Source: Tubiluchus corallicola | Taxonomy: Eukaryota > Animalia > Priapulida | Assembly (NCBI GenBank): GCA_030141605.1 | Contig: JAQGDQ010000532.1 | Location: 87,884-151,883 of the forward strand | DNA length: 64,000 nucleotides | Direction: 5' to 3' | Shown: one piece after another, positions 30,001 to 42,000 of the stretch | Position numbering within the stretch: the first letter of the stretch is position 1 | Layout: every line of letters starts with the position of its first letter | Made by a program: the position numbers and the translations under genes | The notes under the pieces: generated by a model | Database searches by the model: none | The model's input: only the letters and a program-made list of their open reading frames with translations | What the model was told of the DNA's origin: nothing

Positions 30001-33000
30001 TCTCAGGTTAGAAATAACACAGAGAGATGAACTTGGTATCAAAATGATCCTCACAAAATGGAGAGTCAGGATATGTGAATAACTAGAAAAGCTTAATTGC
30101 CAATTTATGGACGATTTTGCTATGCAAGCACACATTATACAATATACATTTATTATATTTAAACTATAATCGTACAATATAAATAATCATTTCCTAACAA
30201 TAAATTATTCAGTAAACAGTAAGTACTCATGTAGTGAAGCCATACCATAATGTAAATACATGAGGTGCATTCTAATACCAAAAATAAGTCATGTTTGGAT
30301 TATACTGTACAAACAATTCATAGGTTTTTAGCAGCCACATTCGTAAATCATTTTTTTACTAAAAAGAAAATCGTTTAGCATTATAGTGTTCCAGTAACTT
30401 AAAATACAGATATCTACAATGTTGGTTAACTCCAATTGGAAAGTGTTGCTGACTCACCCTCCATGGTGCGCCACTCAATAACCCAAACACGTATTTTCAA
30501 TCTTATTGACAAGATACAGTAATTTTAAATTTTATTTAGTTAGTGATGTGTGCGCTAAGAATGCTTTGATTATTTTTTCAGACTTTGCACAATGTTATTT
30601 TAACTTGTTTCAAATGACTTATCGTCAAAATGGCTGCGTCTAATGGTCATCGCCAGAGCTTATATTTACATGTTTTATACAGCGTTATTGCTGACGCAAG
30701 TCTAATATGCAGAAAGGCAGTATGTAAGTGGTATAAAATTTTAATACCAGAATTTCTTAAGCTTTATGTAACTGGAGAGTTTACTTGTGCTCTAAGCACT
30801 CAACGAAAAGATTATTTAACAAAACATTAAAGTACAAAAGAAAACAGTACTCAAATTACTCATGATTACTCAAAAGTGATAAAATTTATCTATTCTAATA
30901 CATGTCAATGCTGATGGATAAAAACCGAGTTTCCAAATGTTTCAAAATTGATTTACTTACTAAACAGATTGCAAATGATATTCTATTCGCCTCAAACAAT
31001 TTCTGTAATACCTAAAAAACATCTATATTTTTAAGTTTTCAAACACTGCAGGATATGACGTAAACAATAAAAAATAAAGTATTGTCAATAACAGAATCTT
31101 TATAAAGTCCAGAACATGACACCTGACCTTACACCACAATCAAAAACGCGCAGCCAAATGGGAAAAAAATCAATAAACAACTTACTCATGATAAGTCGAG
31201 GAGATTTCGGCGGAAGGGGAGGCGCTACGTTGCTACTTCCGCCCTCTCGGCTGTCTTGACTGCTTCCGCCTCCGCTGTGTTTACTCAATGTGCTAATAGA
31301 GCTGTCTTCAGAACTCCAGCTGGTCATCCGCTGATGGTCCGACATGGCGTCCAAACGTTTGGAAGAAGGGCAAAGAGTTTCGACGCTAGTTTGTGAACCT
31401 GCAAGTGCAGTTTAGTAACACAGTGTGAGAATGTTGCAAAAGAACTTTGTGAGATAAGATCTAGTAGCAACCAACATGTTTTAGGACTGATGCTGAATGT
31501 TGCAAAAGAATTTTGTATGATAAGATCTAGTAGCAACCAACATGTTTTATGACTAATACTAAGACATGCTTTAAAAGAAAGACCAAGTCTTCAGGGAAGT
31601 TAAGCTTACTTCAAAGGTCACTTACTCCGCCGAGGAGACACAGTGTCGAGATACAGTGTGGGCATCCCGCAAGCCTACAGCACCTGGTATTCCTAGGCGG
31701 TCACCCATCCAAGTACTAACCAGGCTCTACGTTGCTTAAGTTCGGTGATCAGATGAAATGTTTTTATAAATATGTATTGTTTATATCATACCGATGAAAA
31801 TAAATATCTTATCTTATCTTACCTACAAAAAATAAGCACTTGTATGCAAAATAGCTGCCAATTACTGTATAAGAAAAGAGATTTGTTTTCTTCAAAACTT
31901 TAATGGCTAATATGTAATAAGTAGGGCAAAGTGAGCACTCTAATGAATGGGCTTTTGGTTGTAAAAGTGCAGCTGTGAGGAATAAGAACGGCAAAAGGTA
32001 AGCTGCGTACCTGTTGGAGGTGAAGCGCCGTTATCCATCTCTCCTTCCCCGACATTCTGAAACAAAAACCGACACTGATTAGATGATGTTTTCCTTGCAA
32101 TAAACAGAAAATGCTGCAGATGCTACACGAATCTTGTGTGCTTGCAAATCAAAACTGTTCATAAGTCGGCATAGTTAAAACTACGTTATTATGCTTCAAA
32201 GTAGAGTGTACCAAAAATTTAGTCAAAAGTCAATAAACATTTTTATAAACTTCTGCATTCTATAAACTATAATCTAACTTTCAATAACGGGAATTCTTAA
32301 TACTGATGGTAGTGGCAGGACCAGAATACAGCTCACTGTCAAGGGTAATCCTTTAAAATAAGACACAGACACAGGAGTGTAACCCAGTGGCCATGTTGTG
32401 GATATCTACATCATCATTCAAGGAAAGAAATAGCCAAGTGGAACAATATAAGCAGCTTTACTTAACACAATTCACAATCCCGGCCCTCAGCCAATACTGG
32501 TCTACAGAGAATTCGCCTAGTGCAAGGTTACTAAACAACACACAAAGCACCAAATGACCTGCAAACATAAGAAAGAACTGGTCTAAAACTAGCAGCAAAT
32601 TAAAACAAAATTAGAAAGGATATCATAAAAAAATCTAAAACTATATTTAGACACTTTTTGAACATCGGGAAACCCAAAACACTTGTAACATTGAATACAC
32701 AACTTTCACTGCTTAAAATGTGGCAATTTTTTTTATCCATTATAAAAGCTGAAAAAGGGAATGAGAACAGGAATTATACAAATGAAGGCGGACAACTTGA
32801 AATACTGAACAGAACACTGACGGAAAAACGAAAAACATCCGCCGAACACACTGCATATCATGAAACAAAATTTTTGGAAATACAAAATACTCTGGACTCA
32901 TCAGCATGTAAAAACAATGTGGGACAGAATTAAGCCAGTTTATGCAGTACACATCCTCAGCATGTAAAAACAATGTGGGACAGAATTAAGCCAGTTTATG

Positions 33001-36000
33001 CAGTACACATCCTCAGCATGTAAAAACAATGTGGGACAGAATTAAGCCAGTTTATGCAGTACACATCCTCAGCATGTAAAAACAATGTGGGACAGAATTA
33101 AGCCAGTTTATGCAGTACACATCCTCAGCATGTAAAAACAATGTGGGACAGAATTAAGCCAGTCTATGGAGCATACAGCGTTGGACAACCGGCAGCAGTT
33201 TAGCACAGATTTCCGGCTTGTATCAGCTGCATTGACATAGCTTCACAGTGATCTCATTTGGTATCCTAACATGGACCTCAAAAGAACTATTATTTTAGCA
33301 CAATTAAGGCCAGTCCCTGTTTGTTTGCAAACCCTGCACTAAACTCATAATCAATCGAAGACAAAATTAAGCGACTAGACCTTGTGAAATAGTTTAATAT
33401 CTACTCAGCCAAATTCAACCGATATTCCAAAAAAATACTGTTTTAACGTTAAACTTGTAAAACTAGAAAGCTAAAATGTGAGCAAACAATCTAATCTTTC
33501 TACATTCTTTGGTACACTGCAAGGCAGAATCCAGCATTTACAGGCAAGACTGGAGCCTGGGTCATTATTAAAAATAACCCTCTAAGATGACCCATTGAAG
33601 ATACGAATGCCATGTGCCAAACTGACATCCTGTATATCCGCACTCAATGAAGTAAACAGCCAGGCAAGATTTACAAATGATACCACCACCCAAGTATCAA
33701 ATTCAGGTTAACACTCACACTCATGCTTAATTAACTCAGTCTGTATTTTTATTTAACCACAAAATTTTTCCCACCTGTTCAATAAAGTGGCGTGACTGGT
33801 ATCCGGAGTCTCTCCGCATCTCGTGCAAAGGGAAAGGCGTATTACTAGGCTCTCTCGATTGTTTACCAGGTGTGGGTGGAGACCCTTGTGTTGGAATGCT
33901 GTAGAAGAACTTGGACTTGCCTGCTTCGCTATAAGAAGTAGGTAAGTATGACGTATGAAAGTTCTTTACATACCACATCAAATAAAAAATTGTTTTTACG
34001 TTACTTTCTTGCGATATGACATCATAAACAAACCAGTTTTGCTGTAAAGCCAGCCTCGTTCTTGCCGTTGTTCATGTAATAAGTTTCTAGCCAATTTTCA
34101 CATTATGATGTTACAAAAACAGTAACTTTGCATTCTTAATTTTTATAACAAATGAATGAAATGGATTGTTAGGCAGCTATGGCAGTACTAAATAAGGCTG
34201 TTCACAAAATGTTCACAGTAATAAAATGTTCACAAAACAGATTCCATGACAACACTAAATCGCATTCTAAATGATATATCAAGCAGTTGGGCAGGAAAAA
34301 CTTAATAAGTGAGTAACCCAATGCTTTAGTGTTTAGCACTAATTTCAGAAGAGACTAATCAAATTTTATGTGAAATTATACAAACAAAGATTAGCTTTTA
34401 AACAACGCATGTCTTGACAAAATATCATGTGAACAAAACATCAACTATTTAATAAATCAAAGAAATGTACACTTACGAAAACTTTCTGTATGTGACGGGT
34501 TGAGTACGCATATCAAAAGACGATGTGGAGTTTATTGTCTCTGTACTAGAATCCATGCTAGTCAATGATGAAGCGGAGTCAACCGACGTCATTTCCCATG
34601 GTCCGTGCTGCAGTGAACCTTTCCTCTGTAACCATAGCAACATAAAACCATGAAAACATGGCGTTGAGAAGTTTTAAATTTTTATTGTCGAAATTATTTT
34701 TTACCCGAAATTGAAAATTGGCTTATCGGCTTTTTTGAAAAAAATCCCGAATCCGCCTATAAGTGCAGTTGCCTAAATGCCTACTACGGTTGCCAAGGAA
34801 TGTTCTAAGTAATATTAGTAGTTAGCAAAAAAAATGTTAGCAATATCTAGGCATCAAAGAAAGTTTGTAAGAATATTAAACAATTTATCTAAACGTACCA
34901 CTGCTGGTATGTCCTTATTTAATGAATGCGGTATAATAATTCTCGAAGACTTGGTTATATATCACTTGTCTATTTATATGTACAAGACATACTACAACTT
35001 GTTTCCCACTTCCTTTGCAAATCCCATTACAGCAAATCCTAAACATTACTTTACAAGGTTCAACGAATATCATGTCCCTTACTGTCGTACTAATAGTGCC
35101 AGGCACTTTATTAAATTCACAGCCCCCAATAACTGGAATAAATTAAGTGCCCAAGTAAAAATACACAAAACTATTTATAGTTTCAAAAAGTACCTGAAAA
35201 GGACCATTTTTGATTCATACTTATAATACAATTTTAGTGGTTCCATGTCTCATGCAGTCGCAATATATGGCCTCCAATCAATTATAATGCTACTTTAATA
35301 TACCTCTATGTAAATTAAACATACACTGTGGTCGTTTCGTCTCCTCTTTTCCTTCTTCCTATCCCTAATCTTACTATTTTTTTCCATTCCATCATGTCTA
35401 CTAACCCGAACCATTCTTTCATTCACTCATTTGTGCCACCTTAACAAGCCAAGCTTTCAAGGTGTTATACGGCAACTCTTTTATTTGGTTAATTTGACTT
35501 CATCAACGTTTTTTTTACCTATACTGTTTCTTTTTGTTTCAATAATATTGTATGTTGATGTATTGTATGTGTATTGCTGGAGTGAAATAAATTGATTGAT
35601 TGTCTATCGAAAATGTTTATTGTTTAATCATGATTCTATGAAAATGCTTTAGTAAAACTTATTTGGAAACAGAAACTTTTGCAACTAAAAATTAGTTAAA
35701 AACAGGGAAGCAGGTGTTAACACAAGATCGCTACACTTTCATGTCACAGTATGCCAGGAATTTCCAACAAAAAAACTATCACGTCAGCTTCAACTGTTGA
35801 CAAATGCAAATGATTGTAGCAGCTTAGAGAGGAAGAAAGGCAATTTAGAAGTATTTCCACAGAAAATTATTTTACTTAACTTTACTTACGATTATTGTCA
35901 AAATAGTAGCTCATACTTTAGCTTAGTTAATGAAGAGTGCACTACGAATGTTCTGATTATTTTTCCAAGCTTGACGCAATGTTATGTAAACTCATTACAA

Positions 36001-39000
36001 ACTATTTGCTGTCAAAATGGCTGTATCTAACTGTCATTGCAGCAAGTTTAGATTTTCAAGTTTTATACAGCCTTCTAGCTAATACAAGCTATGTGCGCAT
36101 ACGTAGGTGATACAATTTTTTTAGTTTTATGTAAGTAAGGGCTTTCTTGTGCTCTAACAAACAGAAAGTTGTAGCGTAGAAAAACACAATATGTTGATAA
36201 AACCGGCATACCTAACGTAACTTGCTTCTCATAAAATTTTCTGTAAGTAATTTGTGATGTAAAAATTAAAAATGTCTCCAGCTTTGGGCAGCAAGCATTC
36301 TTATTGGCCAGTTTTGGTCAGCACATTTGACTCTCATTAGAAGGCCACTGTAAGCGAGCTTAGTAATCTCCAACCTTATGCAAACATAAGCATAGCCATT
36401 AGTAGAGCTCACAACCACACGATACTTACAGACTCTTTGACGCTTTGCTTCATTTCACGAAACTTTCGTTTCAACTCGTTATGGAACTGTCGCAAATCCT
36501 GTGACACCAGACGCTCGTGTAAGGACAAGGCACCATTCAAGATCTCAATCTATTCATTGTAATATAAATACATTAATGAAACAGTGCAAATTGAAAATAC
36601 AAAATACAGTACAAAGCAGTTTCTTCAGTTTCCACGACAACCTACAGAATAAGATGCTTGTACTAGGTAAGAAAATAAATAAAGATTAAAAAAGGAAAAA
36701 ACTGATAATAAGAGTAAATAAATCTGAAAATTGTAGTCATCAAATTACGATTAATGAAATCTTGATATAATTGTAAAAGCATACCTGTTCATACATTGCT
36801 TGTTTTAACATAGCTATGTACTCTACATCATCTGGATGCGATTGAATATACTCCGGTACAAAAAACGCCTGAAATTAACGCAATCGAGATGTTACTGGCC
36901 ACACCAGTAAATGGTACTTTATGCATTTCTCTATAAATATAATTGTTTTTTTTTATTTATTATTGTTATTACATTCAGTACACTATAATGACATTAAGCA
37001 CACAGTGACATCAAAATTATTACATCTACTGTATAAAATTCTTATGTTTCATACACTATCGTTATCATAAAAGAATAATTGTACTGCAGTGGGCTAGAGA
37101 AGCAAAGGCTTGTATAAGCCCACTATTATGTGAACCCGATAAAAAAAATGGATGACTGAAAAAAAAAGAACTGGGAGAAAGGTTAGATCACACAGGAAGG
37201 GTAGAAGGATGTGTTAGTGGAAATGGTAGGAAGAAAGATAATAGATTGCGCTATGTTGACATCAGCTCTAAAGATTTATCAATTTTGCATAATCTGTACC
37301 AGGATTGTGGTATGACTGCTGCAGTAGGTGTGGGAAATTAGGAAGTGTTGTACTTGTTGAGAATCATTGCTCTGTATTTCTTTTTAAATTTTTGAATTGG
37401 CTAAACAGTTTTTAATTCATCATTTATGTCATTCCAAAAATTTAGCAATGAGACCAAATCATCGTTTCTTTACTGCAGAGATTCTCGAATACGATATTTA
37501 ATGTATGCAATTGTAAAAAGATAATGAAACAGAACATAATTCTGTTTTCGTGCATATGCTTTGCCCGTTAAGATTTCAAATACTCCGTAATGCATCATAA
37601 AACAGCAGAACGATTCTTTTATAATGCAGTAACAGTTAAACTTAGAAACTAGAATGCTCTGAAAATTGGGAATCAACCAGGATTTGAACCCAGAACAAAA
37701 TGGCGTTGAGTGATATACCCTGCCCAAATGAGCAGCTGTCGACCCACAAGGCCAAAACTGGTCTGATTCTCGTACTACTCAGCACATAAATCAGTCACAG
37801 CCACCCAGCCATAGTAAAAATCAACTAATTAATGATTAAGCTACAACTGAGCCTTAGTAGTATAAGTACAATATAGTCATACCGATTGAAATCTTTTGAT
37901 TCCTCCGTTAACAGCTGCGTTGATCACTCCATCTAATTTCATGCTGAAACTTTTCAAATCGTCAATCATCCCACCTCGCTCTTGTCTCACGGCAACTGAG
38001 AGGTTGCTAATGTCCTCACTAAAAAAAGTGCAAATATTTATCCGTCGTGAATTCTTAGACTAACAATTATCAAGATTCTTTTACTGCAATTTTTACAAAA
38101 CATGTTGTCTGGTATATTTATTATACAAGTAAATTATACTCTAATAATACTTAAAAACAGTTGGGAGTACACATTTTGTACAGTTTTAATTTTATTATCC
38201 AATAAAAAGTGAATTTACTAACTGCAGGTCAGTTCAGTGGTGTACCAAATAGCTGCTCCACTTAGCACATTTTTCAATCATCGCCTTTTCAACAATTATT
38301 ATTAGACTCATGCTTAATAGAATCAGTCGCCTCATTAACTGAAAAATATTTGGAACTGGGGCTGATCCTATTCAAATGTACATAAAGACTGTCGGTAATA
38401 GGCTCAAATAACTTCACATAATTGACTCGATATTTTTGCCTCGCATACTTAAAAAAGGCATTTCTGTGCGAACAGAGAGCTTTTGTTGCTTTTATATCCT
38501 CCATATTTTGCTTTTGTGACTATAATATAGGTAGAAATACTCATGTGAAGAACCATTTGTGAACAAGTTTATTTATCATGCATTTATATATATTAGCATA
38601 ACATTTCTGTTTTGAATCTGTCACCTACTCATCTGCTAAAATTAACCTCGTTGCCCAAGAATTTAAGGAGGCTAGACTTTCAACTACTTGTCTAGCGGTT
38701 TCCTTTTGAAGCTCTTGGTGCTTTTAACAAAATGTTTAATCATTTAACTGTTGGTGTGATGCCACCGATGCAGTGACAGTAATCTGCTAGTATTCTGTAT
38801 CAGTTTACAAGTGTAAACATCATTGAGCAATTAAGAGCACGGAGTTCATTTGGAAAAAATAATAATAATAATAATAAACTTTATAATAAAGTCAGCTTTC
38901 GGGTCAACAATTAACATTAGCTCAAAGAGCTATTATCGCCTACTGTAAATAACAACCAACAACTACATAACAGAGACTATTATTGCCCCACTTTTACCCT

Positions 39001-42000
39001 AAATGCCATGCGTCAGGCAGGGCAAAGCAAGTACCATTTTTAAAGTCTTTGGTATGACCCGGCCGCTGGTTCGAACTCACGACCTCCCAGACGGAAAGCA
39101 GACGCATTACCACTAGACTAAACCGTCTGGTCTAAATACAGCATTAGCATAACTATTTTTATTAAACAGCTCTCACAGTCATTGCAGTGAATACTAAGCT
39201 GAAGAGTGATGACTCATACTTCTGTACCAGAAATACTACACCTGTCGGCTAATAGATTCAGTTGGCTAGCTATGTTGTAGAAATTTGCAATCATTTTATT
39301 GTAAAACGTATACAATATTCACAGACCATAAAATTGAACAAGCAGTCATAAAGTTAGCAATATAATATTTTACAGTAGAAATTTTGCATCCTTTCTCAAT
39401 GCTGTCTCTAGATCAACTGAAACATGCATGCCTGAGAGAATAAAGCTGTAATCACATGACCAGACATACAAGTTCCTATTGGAAGGTACATTACATTCAT
39501 GCATACATACCATAAAAGGAAAGGTCACCTATATATGTCAAAGTGAGTCAATTAAGCGGCACCCACTGTAATTGTATTGCGGTTGATTACCGAAAGACGT
39601 CAATTAATTGAAGTTTCCACAATTGACATAAGAAAATTTTTGCCTTTGCAAACAGTTTTAAGTTTGGTCCACTGTACATTTCAATCACCCACCGTAATTC
39701 AATGTTTTTCTGATGCATAGTATCACACGCAGATTGTATGGGACTAAGTTCCTGTACTTCCGTCTTTACAACTTCAAACCATCGCAGGATACCCGGCAGG
39801 CAATGTGACGTGGTATACGTTGTACGCTCCTTATACAAGTTCTGCAAAACATTGTGAAAGATCCAAATGAATTTCTTTAAGCCTTTTAATACATCAAAAT
39901 ACATTGACAACTACAGAAAGGAGTAGAAATGAAGTAAAAGAGGTGGATCACGTCTGATTTACCATGAACATTAAAACTGTGAAATGGTAGGTAACAAATG
40001 AGTTTACTCAGACTTTACTCAGCCAACAAATAAAGTTACCATTCTCACAGAAAGCCTTCATACATGCAGTACTAGACCAGTGTATACCTGTGGTTCACAG
40101 CTATGAATTTAATTCGAAAATCAATAGATCGCCAGTTAACTAAAAGCCAGAAAATCAATATACATCAATTCGTTAAATGCCAGAAAATCAATTGATCGTT
40201 AATTAGATAAATGTCAGAATATCAATAAACCATCAATTCGTTATATGCCAGAAAATCAATTGATCGTTAATTTGTTAAATGCCAGAAAATCAATTGATCG
40301 TTAATTCGTTAAGTGCAAGAACATCAATAGATAGCCAATTCATTAAATGCCAGATCATCAATTGATAGCTAATTTGTTAAATGCCAGAAAATCAATTGAT
40401 CATTAATTCGTTAAGTGCCAGTGTAAACGTTTTATGATCAAAAAGACAAAATGGAACAAGACTCCTATTTTTTGTAAGATCAAAATTTTCTAAGAGGTCA
40501 TTTTAATGATGTCAATTGAAAGTAAAGTATTCTTAACTGACCCTCACAAACCAGTTGGCACAATAAAAGAAAAGCTACTTTGGTGCATAATTAATTTAGC
40601 TGTCAAATTCCAGACCAGGATTAAAATACTTCCTGAAAACGGATTAGACACAGGGACAAGCTGAAAACCTTCTGGTTGCGAATAGTGAGAATAACTTTCT
40701 CTTAACAAGTTCACTGGGAGATGGAGCCACCAGTTAAAAGTGGCAGCCACTAAACATCTTTTAACATACAGTTTAATTAATTTTATTGTCTCTATTAAAT
40801 TTCTCTCACTATAATACACTCAAATGTGGAATGAAACATTGTTAATAAGTTTCATCATACAGCAAATGTTACGTAGCAGGTTTACTAGCCGCAAATAAAT
40901 TTGTTTTATTACGCGAAATTGCTGGACATTTTATAAACAATTGCACAAACATACCTTAATATCGTCATCACTGTTGGGTCCCTTGTTGACTTTCAGATCT
41001 AGTTGAAACTGATTTATGTTGTTATTACGGTGAAATGAGGCTATTTCTGATGGAATGTCCACATGCTCTAGAATGGCAATGCGCTGTGGGATAGGAGTCA
41101 CCGAGGCCACCTGGATATCTGCAGAAAAAACAAAAAAATCAATAAATGTCGTTAGAAATAGCTGAATTAATAACTAAGTGCACAATGTGACAAAGACTTA
41201 AGTCATTAAAGTGACTTAAGACTGAAGTCTGTGGACTCTATTTTATTAGTTCACTATTTTAAAGCATACTTAACCCTTCCATTACAGCACCGCCTGTTTT
41301 TCTGGTAAGGAACGAAAGGCGGTAGACTGCCGCTTAAACTCAGCACTAACCGCAGTCACCCACGTCTGTATATTTCGCAGTTACAGCTATGCAAAAACAT
41401 TGTAGAAAAGTTTAACAACCGTGAGATTGGGGTTGCTCCGCAACAAGTAACGCTAACCAGCCAATCGGCGTCTGAAGCCAGGTGCATTCCACAATAGTGT
41501 ACTGTATGGTCTGTTACCATGCAAAATCACTTATAGACCGTTGATGAAACATACGTTTAGTTCATTGTTCTGCATTCTTATTATTATTGGACATTATGGA
41601 TTAGTATTGTGTCTTCTGTGAACTGGTTTCTAGATATAAGTACATGCTTATTTATGACTGATGTGCGTGAACCGTGAGTGCATGTATGTGTGGTCGCATG
41701 TGTAGAAATAAATTAGTAATCAATAATGAACAACTATTTGTTTATTTACAAGATTCTGTTTTAGTAACACATCACAACAAGTTATTGTCAAATGTGCAGA
41801 AGTCAATGTTGCCGAGTTAAAAAGCAACAACGCAGAGAAACAGTTAAGCAGAACAGACAGCTATTTAATCTCTTTCAAGCAATTACTGTACAAAGAAACT
41901 GGTGATAATGAGTAAACTTTTACTAATCAGCAAAAATACAAAGTAGTTCTAGAAAAAAGTTCAACAGAAAGGTAGGAGTAGAAATGCATTCCCTGTTTCA

